Source: Eubacteriales bacterium (GTDB taxonomy: Bacteria > Bacillota > Clostridia > Oscillospirales > CAG-272). Taken from it: DNA of 64,000 nucleotides. Below are positions 1 through 10,132 of the stretch, piece after piece. The stretch is taken from positions 949 through 64,948 of the forward strand of contig JAZRIJ010000078.1 of NCBI GenBank assembly GCA_045645205.1, given 5' to 3'. Positions within the stretch are counted from its first letter, which is position 1. Each line of letters starts with the position of its first letter. Made by a program: the position numbers and the translations under genes. The notes below the pieces were generated by a model. It did no database searches. It was not told the DNA's origin and saw only the letters and a list, made by a program, of their open reading frames with translations.

Positions 1-1165
1 CACGGAGCATAGCCAAGCCGACAGATACCGATACACCGATGGACATACACCAATTCATAGAGCATACCGATATTGCTCCGTCGGTTACGCTTTCAACCTG
101 ATGGTTCAATATCTGTATCGCAGGCTCTGCCTTTACTATATAATAACCTATAAACATACCTATCGGCACAAGAAGCCATTTGTATTCAAACAGCGCAAGC
201 TGTTCTCCGAGATATGCGCCTACAGGGGCAAAGCCTAAATTTACTCCGCACAAAAACAGTACCAGACCTACATAAGTGTAGCCTATACCGATAAGGATCT
301 TCAATATCTGCTTTCCGTGATAACGGCGGCATAAAAGCTGGAATATCACAAACACCGCAACTATGGGAAGAAGTGATATAAACACCTCTTCGGCAAACTT
401 CGGAAGTCCTTTGAAAAACACATTTGCAACATCCCGTGTTGTGCTTACGGTCTCAATATCGGTCAACGCGTATTCGGCATAATCGGGCTTAAAAAAACAG
501 CCCAGTATCATTACTGCCAAGATCGGTCCTATACTCGATAAAGCAACAAGACCGAAACTGTCGCTTTCAGCGTTCTTGTCGCTTCGCACCGATGCAAGAC
601 CGACACCCATTGCCATTATAAAAGGAACTGTCATAGGTCCTGTCGTTACACCGCCCGAGTCAAAGGCTACAGCCACAAAATTTTTCGGAACAAAAAATGA
701 AAGAATGAGCAATACCGTATAAAACACCAAAAGCATTGCTGAAAGACTTATCTGGTCCCTTATTCTCGCAATTGCAAGCGCTAAAAATATTCCCACGCCG
801 ATTGCTACTGCAATAATAAGAAAAGTATTCGGAACTCCGGGAACCTGTTCTGCCAATACCTGCAGATCGGGTTCCGATATGGTTATGATAAAGCCCATTA
901 TAAAGCCGACCAAAAGTACTATCAGTACCCTCTTCGACTTTGATATCTGAACACCGATGCCCTCTCCCAACGGAGTCATTGCCATTTCCGCGCCGAGCTG
1001 AAAAAGTCCCATTCCTAAAATAAGCATTACAGCTCCTGTCAAAAACAGTACTATATGCCCTAATTCCATAGGCACGAGAAATACGCTTATAAGCAATACT
1101 ATAGCGGTTATCGGAAGAACGGCGGTAAGAGATTCTCTTGTTTTTTCTTTAAGCTTTGGATTCAT
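1..1165 (-). CDS. DUF1538-family multi-pass membrane protein (3' end beyond window edge)
   Basis: The frame from ATG at 1165 runs off the window, which explains its absence from the ORF track. Hand translation gives MNPKLKEKTRESLTAVLPITAIVLLISVFLVPMELGH... and is hydrophobic and Gly-rich throughout. No competing ORF is listed on either strand. Confidence 0.6.
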   Translation of the reverse strand, partial: MNPKLKEKTRESLTAVLPITAIVLLISVFLVPMELGHIVLFLTGAVMLILGMGLFQLGAEMAMTPLGEGIGVQISKSKRVLIVLLVGFIMGFIITISEPDLQVLAEQVPGVPNTFLIIAVAIGVGIFLALAIARIRDQISLSAMLLVFYTVLLILSFFVPKNFVAVAFDSGGVTTGPMTVPFIMAMGVGLASVRSDKNAESDSFGLVALSSIGPILAVMILGCFFKPDYAEYALTDIETVSTTRDVANVFFKGLPKFAEEVFISLLPIVAVFVIFQLLCRRYHGKQILKILIGIGYTYVGLVLFLCGVNLGFAPVGAYLGEQLALFEYKWLLVPIGMFIGYYIVKAEPAIQILNHQVESVTDGAISVCSMNWCMSIGVSVSVGLAMLR

Positions 1166-1206
1166 TCTTTCCCGTCTTTCGTTTATTATTTTTATAATAG
1201 TATTAT

Positions 1207-1236
1207 AAAAAAGAGGGGCGGTTAAACCCCTCTTTT
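1207..1236 (-). terminator. Intrinsic terminator after ispH-S1 gene
   Basis: Hairpin agagggg/cccctct, with an A-run on the + strand (U-run on the - strand) just downstream of the stop at 1291. Confidence 0.65.
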
Positions 1237-1290
1237 AACATCGGCCTCTTTTATCGGGGGTCGAATGCAACTTGTATGATCCATTCAGAA

Positions 1291-3357
1291 TTATTCAGCG
1301 TCTGCTTCCTTCTGCTCGTCGGGTATGTAGTCTTCGGGCATTGCTTCTTCAGCTGCCTTAGCTTCTTCGATAAGCGCCCTGACAGAAAGGCTGATCTTGT
1401 GATTTTCCATATCAATGTCTGTGATCTTTGCATCGATCTGCTGACCGAGTTCAAGAACATCAGCAGGCTTGTTGATCTTTCTGTCTGCGATCTGTGAAAT
1501 ATGGATAAGACCGTCAACACCGGGAAGAACTTCTGCAAATGCGCCAAAAGGCATCATGTTTACAATCTTAACATTTGCAACATCACCTACTGCATACTTT
1601 TCAACAAAAGCATTCCAAGGATTGTTTTCTTCTGTCTTGTAGCCGAGAGAAATTCTCTTTGCTTCTGCATCAAAATCCTTAACATATACTGTAAGAGTTT
1701 CGCCGACAGATACGATCTCGGAGGGGTGCTTGAAGTGTGTCCAAGCAAGCTCTGTGCTGTGGATCATACCGTCAACGCCGCCAAGGTCAACGAATACGCC
1801 GTAGTTTGTGATAGACTTAACAACGCCTTCGTATTTCTTATCCTTTTCGATAGCTGCCCAGAATGCTTCTTCAGCAGCCTTCTTTTCTTCTCTTACAACA
1901 ACACGGATAGAAGCAACTGCTCTTCTTCTCTGCTCGTTGATGTCGATTATCTTTACTCTGCGCTCTGCGCCCTTAAGTACAGAAAGGTCTGCATCCTTTG
2001 AAAGTCCTGTGTGTGATGCGGGAACGAAAAGCTTCTGTCCCTCGGCATAAACAAGTACGCCGCCTCTTACGATATCGGTTACCTTACCCTCAAGGATCTT
2101 ACCCTCGTTGTAGCATTCAACGATATTCTTCCAGTTTGTGATAGCGTCAACTCTCTTCTTGGAAAGTGATGCAACACCGTCGATATCGCTTACTCTTGTA
2201 ACCATGACCTCAATTTCGTCGCCTACCTTAAACTCATCTTCAAGTTTAACTGCAGGATTCTCGGAAACCTCGCTGTAAGGAACGATGCCGGTAACCTTTG
2301 CGCCAAGGTCAACCTGAACCTCGTTAGAGTTTACCGCAAGTACGATACCCTTTACGATTTCACCTGTATTTAAAGTTTTGAAAGATTCCTCAAGCATTGC
2401 AGCAAAGCTGTTTTCATCGGTTGTTTCAAAAGACTCCTGAGTCAAGTCCTTTTCGATGTTCTGTGTAATTTCGCTCATTTTGTTTTTTACCTCCTCTATG
2501 ATACCGCCGGGTGTCGATGCACCGGCAGATATGCCAACTTTAGATATTTTTCCCAAAAGCTCTGTCCGAAGCTCCGAGGCGTTCTCAATCAAAACTGTGT
2601 TTGGCTGATACTTCTTCGCCGTTTCGTAAAGCTTGTTGGTATTGGAGCTGTTTCTGCCCCCTATGATAACCATAAAATCGACTTTTTGCGCCAACAAAGC
2701 GGTCTCTGTCTGTCGATTTTCGGTAACACTACATATTGTATCAAAAATATATGAATTTGTATATACTTTTTCAAGAATTTTTTGAGTTTTTTTCCATTCT
2801 GTTAGTTTTTGTGTTGTCTGGGACACTACGACGACGTTTTTTTGTGCATTTTTATGAATTTTCAGCTTCTCATCAAGCTCTTCGGCATCGGAAAACACCT
2901 CAACCTCCCCCAAAGCAAAGCTTACTATACCCTTTACCTCGGGATGATTAGGGTCGCCGAATACATAAAGCAGCGTATCCTCCTTTGCGTTGTCCTTTAC
3001 AATCTTATGTATTTTCTTAACGTAAGGACAAGCGCAGTCAAGCATATCGAAGTATTCGTTTTCTTTCGCAAACCTCTCTAACTTGTCATATATATGCTTG
3101 GTCACACCGTGCGCTCTGACCACAACCGTACACGGATTCTGTTCGCTGCATTCGTTAAACACACGGTCGATATCCGCTTCCTCTATTACCTCGACACCCT
3201 TTTTTGAAAGATCTTCTGAAATAGTGGGATTGTGTATCAAATGCCCCAAGGTATATATTTTCCCTGCGCTTTTCTTTTTTATAAGCTCGTATACGGAATT
3301 GACTGCCCTGTCAACTCCAAAGCAAAAGCCTGCGTTTTTGGCAATCTCTATTTTCAT
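1291..3357 (-). CDS. ispH: Bifunctional 4-hydroxy-3-methylbut-2-enyl diphosphate reductase (IspH/LytB) fused to ribosomal protein S1 repeats
   Basis: The N-terminal ~280 aa is LytB-like (MKIEIAKNAGFCFGVDRAV...). The C-terminal part carries four S1 RNA-binding repeats (G.V..V...G.FVDLGG type). This fusion is common in Clostridia. Confidence 0.9.
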   Translation of the reverse strand: MKIEIAKNAGFCFGVDRAVNSVYELIKKKSAGKIYTLGHLIHNPTISEDLSKKGVEVIEEADIDRVFNECSEQNPCTVVVRAHGVTKHIYDKLERFAKENEYFDMLDCACPYVKKIHKIVKDNAKEDTLLYVFGDPNHPEVKGIVSFALGEVEVFSDAEELDEKLKIHKNAQKNVVVVSQTTQKLTEWKKTQKILEKVYTNSYIFDTICSVTENRQTETALLAQKVDFMVIIGGRNSSNTNKLYETAKKYQPNTVLIENASELRTELLGKISKVGISAGASTPGGIIEEVKNKMSEITQNIEKDLTQESFETTDENSFAAMLEESFKTLNTGEIVKGIVLAVNSNEVQVDLGAKVTGIVPYSEVSENPAVKLEDEFKVGDEIEVMVTRVSDIDGVASLSKKRVDAITNWKNIVECYNEGKILEGKVTDIVRGGVLVYAEGQKLFVPASHTGLSKDADLSVLKGAERRVKIIDINEQRRRAVASIRVVVREEKKAAEEAFWAAIEKDKKYEGVVKSITNYGVFVDLGGVDGMIHSTELAWTHFKHPSEIVSVGETLTVYVKDFDAEAKRISLGYKTEENNPWNAFVEKYAVGDVANVKIVNMMPFGAFAEVLPGVDGLIHISQIADRKINKPADVLELGQQIDAKITDIDMENHKISLSVRALIEEAKAAEEAMPEDYIPDEQKEADAE

Positions 3358-3378
3358 TATATTATCCCTTTTTATTTT

Positions 3379-3969
3379 TTAAAGCAACTCGAGGATTTTC
3401 TTAAAAATGTATTCCGAGGCATTCTCGTACTCGGACCTTGTACCGTTTTCAATGCCCAGCTCTTTGTTCGGTATCACATCGCCTATGTTTATATACACCT
3501 TTCGGAACGGTATAATACGGTAATTCTTTGACTTTACGGAAACGGGTAAAACATCTGCCCCCGAACGATAAGCTATCATACCTACACCTGACTTGAACTC
3601 CGTTGCATCAGGTTCTGTTCCTATATATCTTTTCCCTTGCGGAAATACGCCTACCGCATCTCCGTTTTTCAAATGAGATATAGCCGTTTTTATCGCCGCG
3701 GGGTCTGCCGCGCCTCTATGCACGGGAAATGCGCCCAAAGTCTTTATAAGCAGATTTAACATCGGAATTTTGAACAGTGAAGCTTTCGCCATAAAACGCA
3801 CCTGTCTGTCCATTACCGCGCCCAGTATTATCGGGTCCCAGTTCGATATATGGTTGGGGCAAACAATAAGCGCCCCCTCGGGTATCTTCTCAATACCGTT
3901 TACCTCAACTCTGAAAAGTACTATGAAAAAATTTTTAAGTATTTTTCTTATAAAAGAGTAAAACTTCAT
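3379..3969 (-). CDS. plsC: 1-acyl-sn-glycerol-3-phosphate acyltransferase
   Basis: 196 aa with an N-terminal TM segment and the HxxxxD acyltransferase motif (NHISNWD). Confidence 0.8.
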   Translation of the reverse strand: MKFYSFIRKILKNFFIVLFRVEVNGIEKIPEGALIVCPNHISNWDPIILGAVMDRQVRFMAKASLFKIPMLNLLIKTLGAFPVHRGAADPAAIKTAISHLKNGDAVGVFPQGKRYIGTEPDATEFKSGVGMIAYRSGADVLPVSVKSKNYRIIPFRKVYINIGDVIPNKELGIENGTRSEYENASEYIFKKILELL

Positions 3970-3994
3970 TTTTTCAAACTCTCTCTTATTTATT

Positions 3995-4660
3995 TTATTT
4001 AATACGGCTGTTTATTATGTCTGTAATAGCCGAAATAGTTTCTTCTATATTAAGAAAAGAGCTGTCGAGCATTATTGCATCATGAGCGGGGACTGCGGGA
4101 GCAACCGCCCTCGTTCTGTCGTCCTCGTCTCTTTTCAGCATATCGGAAAGCACTTCATCATATGTCGTCTCTATCCCCTTTTCGATAAGCTCCTTGTAAC
4201 GTCTTTTCGCCCTAACCTCATCACTTGCAAAAAGAAATATCTTTACCTCAGCATCAGGAAATATTACTGTTCCTATATCTCTTCCGTCCATAATAACATT
4301 GTTCGTCAAAGCAGTATTCCTCTGTATATCAAGCAAAAACGCTCTTACCTTCGGAATTGCCGACACCTTTGATGCGTACATAGATATTTGGGGGAGTCTT
4401 ATATCGGCATTTACATTCTCACCGTTCAGCAAAACCACCTGACCATCTTCCGACTGGGTAAGCTTCAGATCAATATATTTCAGATTTTCAACAACAGACT
4501 CAGAATTTGTAACATCAATACCGTTTCTGAACATATACAGACCGATAGCACGGTAAAGTGCGCCTGTGTCAACATATAAAATATTCAGTTTTTTTGCAAC
4601 TGCGCGCGCCATTACACTTTTGCCCGAGCCTGACGGCCCATCTAATGCTATTTTATACAT
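3995..4660 (-). CDS. cmk: Cytidylate kinase
   Basis: P-loop GPSGSGKS at the N-terminus, 221 aa. It sits upstream of the S1 gene, as in many Firmicutes. Confidence 0.9.
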   Translation of the reverse strand: MYKIALDGPSGSGKSVMARAVAKKLNILYVDTGALYRAIGLYMFRNGIDVTNSESVVENLKYIDLKLTQSEDGQVVLLNGENVNADIRLPQISMYASKVSAIPKVRAFLLDIQRNTALTNNVIMDGRDIGTVIFPDAEVKIFLFASDEVRAKRRYKELIEKGIETTYDEVLSDMLKRDEDDRTRAVAPAVPAHDAIMLDSSFLNIEETISAITDIINSRIK

Positions 4661-4703
4661 AAGCCTTTGTTTTTTCTCCCTGTATTATAAATTTTTTATA
4701 CTT

Positions 4704-5948
4704 TTATTCACTTGCAACAGCCGCCGCGGCAACATTTGCCGTCGAAAATGCTATTTGCAGGTTAAAGCCTCCCGTGTATGCATCAACGTCGATTACCTCT
4801 CCTGCAAAATACAGATTTTCTATCTTCTTTGACATCATAGTTTTCGGGTCTATTTCCTTTACGTCAACGCCGCCTGAGGTTATGATAGCTTCCGCTATAG
4901 GTCTAAAGGCGCTTACTGTACATTCAAGGCATTTTAAGGTCTTCAGTATGGTCTGCCTTTCCGTCTTGGTTATACAGTTAACCTTACGGTCTTGCGGAAT
5001 ACCCGTTAACTCAACAAATATCGGTATAAGCTTTTGAGGGAGCAAATCCGACAGAGAATTTACAAAATTCTTGTTCTTGTTCTTCTCAAAATCGGAAAGA
5101 AGTCTGTTGTCAAGAGTTTTTTCATCAAGCGCGGGTTTTAGGTCTATCCTGATTACGTACCTGTCCCTTTCCATAGGCTTCATATGGCATGACGCGCTGA
5201 GTACCGTAGGACCTGACAGTCCGAAATGGGTAAACAACAGCTCTCCAAAATCGGAATATATTTCTTTTTGTTTTTTCTTATCAAAAACCGTCACGCTGAT
5301 GTTTTTCAACGAAAGTCCCATAAGAGCCTTCACCCATTTTTCTTTTGTCTCAAGAGGAACAAGCGAAGGTTTCGGCGGGATAATATTTATCCCCACGCTT
5401 TCGGCAAACTTATAACCATCTCCGTCAGAGCCTGTCTGCGAATATGACACTCCGCCCGTACACACAACGACTCTGTCATAGTTTTCTGTTTTTCCGCGCA
5501 CCCTAACTCCTGTTACTTTTCCGTTCTCGCATACCAATCCGTCAACCTTTTCATATAATATTTTGACACCGTTATTTTTACAGTAATCACGCAAGGCATC
5601 AACTATATCAAAAGCTCTGTCGGATACAGGAAAAACTCTGTTTCCCCTCTCGGTCTTCAAGGGTACTCCCATTACCTCGAAGAAATTCATCGTGTCCTCC
5701 GAGGTAAATGCAGAATATGCTCCGTAAAGAAACTTCGGATTCGTGGGAATGTTTTCTAAAAAAGTATTTCTGTCGCAGTTGTTTGTAACGTTGCATCTGC
5801 CCTTGCCCGTTATGGCAAGCTTTCGGCCCACTGCGTTCTTCTTTTCGTAAAGGGTAACCTCACAGCCGAGAGATGCCGCCTTGCCCGAGCACATCATACC
5901 TGCCGGTCCGCCCCCTATTACACAAACCTTTATTCTGTCTCGGCTCAT
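4704..5948 (-). CDS. NAD(P)/FAD-dependent oxidoreductase, HI0933/BaiN-like flavoprotein
   Basis: N-terminal dinucleotide-binding fold VIGGGPAGMM. 414 aa with the layout typical of this family. Confidence 0.8.
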   Translation of the reverse strand: MSRDRIKVCVIGGGPAGMMCSGKAASLGCEVTLYEKKNAVGRKLAITGKGRCNVTNNCDRNTFLENIPTNPKFLYGAYSAFTSEDTMNFFEVMGVPLKTERGNRVFPVSDRAFDIVDALRDYCKNNGVKILYEKVDGLVCENGKVTGVRVRGKTENYDRVVVCTGGVSYSQTGSDGDGYKFAESVGINIIPPKPSLVPLETKEKWVKALMGLSLKNISVTVFDKKKQKEIYSDFGELLFTHFGLSGPTVLSASCHMKPMERDRYVIRIDLKPALDEKTLDNRLLSDFEKNKNKNFVNSLSDLLPQKLIPIFVELTGIPQDRKVNCITKTERQTILKTLKCLECTVSAFRPIAEAIITSGGVDVKEIDPKTMMSKKIENLYFAGEVIDVDAYTGGFNLQIAFSTANVAAAAVASE

Positions 5949-7210
5949 TTTCTGCCGATGTCGTTTCTGTAATGCATTTTTTCAAAGCTTATATTCTTCA
6001 AAGCGGAATATGACCTTTCAATAGCCGCTTCAAGCGTTTTACCCGTTGCTGTAACCCCCAGCACTCTTCCGCCTGCTGTATATATCTTGCCGTTTTCAGC
6101 CTTTGTTCCCGCATGGTAAACAAACAGGTCGTCAGACTTGAATACCTCGCTGTCAAGACCGCTTATTTCCTTACCCGATTCATACTTTGAGGGGTAGCCG
6201 CCCGATGCAAGTACGATACAAACAGCCGCATCCTCCGACCACTCTATGCTTATCTTATCAAGCTTTTCGTCTATAACAGCATTGATTATATCAATAAAAT
6301 CTGTTTTCAGTCTCGGCAAAACCGCCTGTGTTTCGGGGTCGCCGAAACGCGCGTTGTATTCAATAACGCGTGGTCCCTTGGGAGTAAGCATAAGTCCAAA
6401 GTAAATTACTCCCTTAAAGGTTCTGCCCTCGCTGTTCATAGCGTCCATTGTAGGCTTAAATATAGTCCTATAACACTCGTCAGCAACAGCATCAGTATAA
6501 TTTTTGCTGGGAGAAAATGCTCCCATGCCACCGGTGTTGAGACCCATATCGTTGTCTAACGCTCTCTTGTGATCCTGCGCCGAAACCATAGGAACAATAG
6601 TCTTACCGTCTGTAAATGCAAGTACCGATACCTCGGGACCTGTCAAAAACTCTTCAATTACAACTCTGCTGCCCGACTCTCCGAACACCTTGTCGCACAT
6701 AATGCTCTTTATCGCATCCTCCGCCTCGGCATAGTTCTGCGCAATAATAACCCCCTTACCGAGTGCAAGTCCGTCAGCCTTGATAACAGCGGGATATTCA
6801 TTCTGCGCCTTTATATAATCAAGCGCCGTTGAAGCATCGTCAAATACCTCATAATTTGCTGTAGGTATATTATACTTCTTCATCAGCTCTTTTGAAAAGA
6901 CTTTACTGCCTTCAATTATAGCCGCGCACTGACGCGGACCGAAAGCACGTATCCCCTTTGCTTCAAGTGCGTCAACAGCCCCCAGCATAAGCGGATCATC
7001 AGGCGCTACAAAAACAAGATCTATTTTATTTTCTACTGCTGTATTTACAATGCCCTCAATATCGGTCGCCTTTACGGGAATACAGGTTGCAATAGATGCA
7101 ATACCTCCGTTTCCGGGCGCGCAATATATTTCGGGGGCATATTTGCTTTCATGTAATTTTTTTACTATGGCGTGCTCTCTTCCGCCGCCGCCAACAACAA
7201 GTATCTTCAT
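5945..7210 (-). CDS. purD: Phosphoribosylamine--glycine ligase
   Basis: The MKILVVGGGGREHA start and the 421-aa ATP-grasp organisation are diagnostic of PurD. Confidence 0.95.
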   Translation of the reverse strand: MKILVVGGGGREHAIVKKLHESKYAPEIYCAPGNGGIASIATCIPVKATDIEGIVNTAVENKIDLVFVAPDDPLMLGAVDALEAKGIRAFGPRQCAAIIEGSKVFSKELMKKYNIPTANYEVFDDASTALDYIKAQNEYPAVIKADGLALGKGVIIAQNYAEAEDAIKSIMCDKVFGESGSRVVIEEFLTGPEVSVLAFTDGKTIVPMVSAQDHKRALDNDMGLNTGGMGAFSPSKNYTDAVADECYRTIFKPTMDAMNSEGRTFKGVIYFGLMLTPKGPRVIEYNARFGDPETQAVLPRLKTDFIDIINAVIDEKLDKISIEWSEDAAVCIVLASGGYPSKYESGKEISGLDSEVFKSDDLFVYHAGTKAENGKIYTAGGRVLGVTATGKTLEAAIERSYSALKNISFEKMHYRNDIGRK

Positions 7211-7255
7211 ACTCTTCCTCCGATTGTCTTTTAATTTAAATTATAATTAGTTTTT

Positions 7256-7284
7256 ATTTTACATCATTATCTTTTAAAAGTCAA
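7256..7284 (-). promoter_or_regulatory. Candidate sigma-A promoter for purD
   Basis: On the minus strand: TTGACT, 17-nt spacer, TAAAAT, about 45 nt upstream of the purD ATG. Confidence 0.35.
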
Positions 7285-7299
7285 TAAAACTAAGGTAAT

Positions 7300-7332
7300 A
7301 AAAAAAGATATTGCATTTTTGTTTACAATATC
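7300..7332 (-). terminator. Intrinsic terminator (most simply the mntP terminator)
   Basis: Minus-strand hairpin gatattg/caatatc followed by a run of 7 U. It lies between the mntP stop and the purD start. Confidence 0.55.
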
Positions 7333-7469
7333 CATTCCTCTGTAACGGACAGGCTTGCCCAAAATTATATCTGTAAGAATAATATTATCGAAAATTAATG
7401 TAGCTTTTATTCATTATGTTATTCTTGCAGATATGAATTTGTGCAAACCTCATATCTGTGTTAGTACAC

Positions 7470-8036
7470 TCAAAGTACGCCAAGTCCTTCGAGAAGGAAT
7501 TTGAACGCCATTACTATAAGTATCACTCCGCCTGCGGCTTCGGCTTTGGATTTATACTTAGTACCAAATACGTTACCTATCTTCACTCCGATAAACGAGA
7601 ACAGGAATGTTGTTATACCTATTATTGCAACTGTAGAGAATATTTCAACATTCTGCATAGAGAAGGCTACCCCTGCTGCCATAGCATCAATACTTGTCGC
7701 CACAGCAAGAACACCCAAGGTCTTGAAATCAAGAGCTGAATCAAGACATTCATCACATTCCTTTGAAAACGCTTCCTTCAGCATATTTGCGCCTATTACG
7801 GCAAGTAAAATAAACGCTACCCAATGGTCTACCGCCTCTATGTACTGACGGAACATGCTGCCGAGGAAAAATCCTATAAGCGGCATTAATGCCTGAAATA
7901 TACCAAAATAAAGTCCTACCTTTACTGCGTGTCTTACCTTGAAACCTTTGCCGAGCGAAAGTCCCTTGCATATCGCAACGGCAAATGCGTCCATCGACAA
8001 GCCTATTGCCGTCCCCAAAATCGCTATAATGTCCAT
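7470..8036 (-). CDS. mntP: Manganese efflux pump MntP
   Basis: 188 aa with six hydrophobic segments and duplicated SMDAFAV / SIDAMAAGV motifs typical of MntP/YebN. Confidence 0.85.
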   Translation of the reverse strand: MDIIAILGTAIGLSMDAFAVAICKGLSLGKGFKVRHAVKVGLYFGIFQALMPLIGFFLGSMFRQYIEAVDHWVAFILLAVIGANMLKEAFSKECDECLDSALDFKTLGVLAVATSIDAMAAGVAFSMQNVEIFSTVAIIGITTFLFSFIGVKIGNVFGTKYKSKAEAAGGVILIVMAFKFLLEGLGVL

Positions 8037-8047
8037 AGTTTCTCCCT

Positions 8048-8686
8048 TTATTTTAATATCAATTTTACTATTTTTTCAAAAGATGAACAGACCTGTTTAC
8101 CTGTGTTCTTTAATGTTTCGTAATCCGTATGACCTTTTGAGTACAATATGCACTCAACGCCGAGCGCATTCGCCGTCTCAAAGTCATGCAGAGTATCGCC
8201 TACCATAACACACTCCGAGGCAACGATATTTTCATTAAGCATAAGCTTCTTCGCCCTATCAATCTTGCTCCCTGCCTCGTAATCTGTGGCTGCTTCTATC
8301 TTGTCAAACCTATCATATACTCCAAGCTTCTTTGCGTGTCTTGACAGATCGTCAATGTGAGCTGCAGACAGAATATACTGCTTTATTCCCGCTTGGCAGC
8401 ATTTTTCGATTGCTTGTTCCGCGCCGTCGGCAAGGGTTATCTTGTCCTCATGCTTTATGTAAAATTCACCGAAAAGCGGCTTTATTATCTCCATTGTTAC
8501 AACGTTCAGGTCAAATATTTTTTCGTAAAATTTATATATCGGGGTGTCGATATACGAATAGTACGTATCAAGGTCGAGCGGCGGCTTACCGTACATTTCG
8601 AGCATATCGTTTACAGCAAACAACGATGCGTCGAGGTCATCAAGCAACGTACCGTTCCAATCCCATAGTATATATTTATATTTCAT
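8048..8686 (-). CDS. HAD-superfamily hydrolase (phosphatase)
   Basis: N-terminal HAD motif I variant (ILWDWNGTLLDD) and C-terminal motif IV (VGDTLHD). 212 aa. Confidence 0.75.
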   Translation of the reverse strand: MKYKYILWDWNGTLLDDLDASLFAVNDMLEMYGKPPLDLDTYYSYIDTPIYKFYEKIFDLNVVTMEIIKPLFGEFYIKHEDKITLADGAEQAIEKCCQAGIKQYILSAAHIDDLSRHAKKLGVYDRFDKIEAATDYEAGSKIDRAKKLMLNENIVASECVMVGDTLHDFETANALGVECILYSKGHTDYETLKNTGKQVCSSFEKIVKLILK

Positions 8687-8689
8687 TTC

Positions 8690-9898
8690 TCACCTGTATG
8701 TTTTAATAATGCTTATTATCGTTTCCACGCACTTGTCCATTTCTTCAACGACCGCGTATTCAAATCTGCCATGATGGTTACTTGAGCCTGTACCGAGGTT
8801 GGGGCACGGCAATCCCATCTGCGACAACCTTGCGCCGTCTGTTCCGCCGCGTATAGGACTTATATCAACAACTCCGCCAGCCATTTCAATTGCCTTCGCC
8901 GCATTTTCTATAAGGTGCATATGCGGCTTTATTCTTTCTGCCATGTTTTCATAGCTGTCGCACAGCTCTAAATTTACCGTATTCTTACCGTACTTTGTAT
9001 TCAGAAATTCGGCAGTCTTTTCAAACATAGCTCTTTTTATTTTTATTCCGGTAGTGTCATGGTCTCGCAGTATATAACGCATTTCTGCCTTTTCCACATC
9101 GGACTTTATCTCCATAAGATGATAAAATCCCTCGTACCCCTCGGTATACTCGGGGCGTTCATTCTTGGGCAGCATTGAGTCAAACTCCAAAGCAATGCTG
9201 TTTGCATTTTTCATTCCGCCGTATTTCGCCTCACCCGGATGTACAGACTTTCCGTTTACCGTTACCTTTGCATTGATCGCATTGAAATTCTCATATTCTA
9301 TCTGTCCGTGATTTGCTCCGTCTACGGTATACGCAAAGTCAGCGCCGAAGCCTTCTATATCAAAAAGGTCGGCTCCCCTGCCTATTTCTTCATCGGGGGT
9401 AAAGGCTATTGACACATCTCCGTGCAGTATTGTATTATCTGTCATAAGGCGTTCAACTGCCGTCATTATTTCAGCAATACCTGCCTTGTCATCTGCGCCG
9501 AGAATGGTCGTTCCGTCGGTTACAACAAGCGAACATCCCTCATATTCCGCAAGGCATGGCATAACTATTCCCTTTTCTTCGTTCAGCACTATGTCTCTGC
9601 CGTCATAATTTTCCACCACACGCGGCTTGACATTCCTGTATTCAACGTCGCTTATGGTGTCCATATGGGCAATAAAGCCTATCTTCTTGCCATTTACAGC
9701 CTCGCTGTTTGCAGGAATTTTCGCATAGACATAACCATGCTCATCGACTCTTGCGCTGTCTACACCTAAAGCCTTCAGCTCCGAAACAAGATATTCGGCA
9801 AATGCTCTCTGTTCTTCGGTCGAGGGGCATTTTTCGTTGTTCTCGTCAGAGCCTGTTGGAAATGTTGTATATTTTATAAGTCTTTCATATGCTCTCAT
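8690..9898 (-). CDS. pepT: Peptidase T (tripeptide aminopeptidase, M20B)
   Basis: 402 aa with M20 metal-ligand context (HMDT..., GADDKAGIA, EEIG) and the typical PepT N-terminus. Confidence 0.9.
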   Translation of the reverse strand: MRAYERLIKYTTFPTGSDENNEKCPSTEEQRAFAEYLVSELKALGVDSARVDEHGYVYAKIPANSEAVNGKKIGFIAHMDTISDVEYRNVKPRVVENYDGRDIVLNEEKGIVMPCLAEYEGCSLVVTDGTTILGADDKAGIAEIMTAVERLMTDNTILHGDVSIAFTPDEEIGRGADLFDIEGFGADFAYTVDGANHGQIEYENFNAINAKVTVNGKSVHPGEAKYGGMKNANSIALEFDSMLPKNERPEYTEGYEGFYHLMEIKSDVEKAEMRYILRDHDTTGIKIKRAMFEKTAEFLNTKYGKNTVNLELCDSYENMAERIKPHMHLIENAAKAIEMAGGVVDISPIRGGTDGARLSQMGLPCPNLGTGSSNHHGRFEYAVVEEMDKCVETIISIIKTYR

Positions 9899-10132
9899 GT
9901 TTTTTCACCTTTTTCAAAAAAAGTTTCTAATTATTATACCCCAAATTAATGTCTTATGTCAATGTTTTTACCGTGAAGCTCAATATTTTTTACAATATTT
10001 CAAAAAAATAGCAAATTTTCCTTGAATTATGTTTTTATATGTGTTATACTGTTTATATGTTTGGATAGAATTAATTTACATTCTTACCTAAAATTTTTAC
10101 TCATATTTACTTTTGAAAGGATTTTACTAAAA

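Noticed and set aside
7211-7469. Possible purine or other riboswitch in the purD 5' region. On the minus strand there is an atataat box, a ccgttacag element and a hairpin with a U-run.
   Set aside because: The region is too short and lacks the conserved L2/L3/J2-3 sequences of purine aptamers. The hairpin plus U7 is explained more simply as the mntP terminator, with a purD promoter downstream of it.
8037-8047. Expected a yybP-ykoY Mn riboswitch upstream of mntP.
   Set aside because: Only 11 nt separate mntP from the upstream HAD gene, so there is no room for an aptamer. mntP appears to be co-transcribed.
10022-10132. N-terminal 37-aa extension of the Ldh_2-family protein from a TTG at 10022.
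   Set aside because: The extension is AT-rich and hydrophobic nonsense. ATG 10133 has a proper RBS, and the family's conserved N-terminus starts there.
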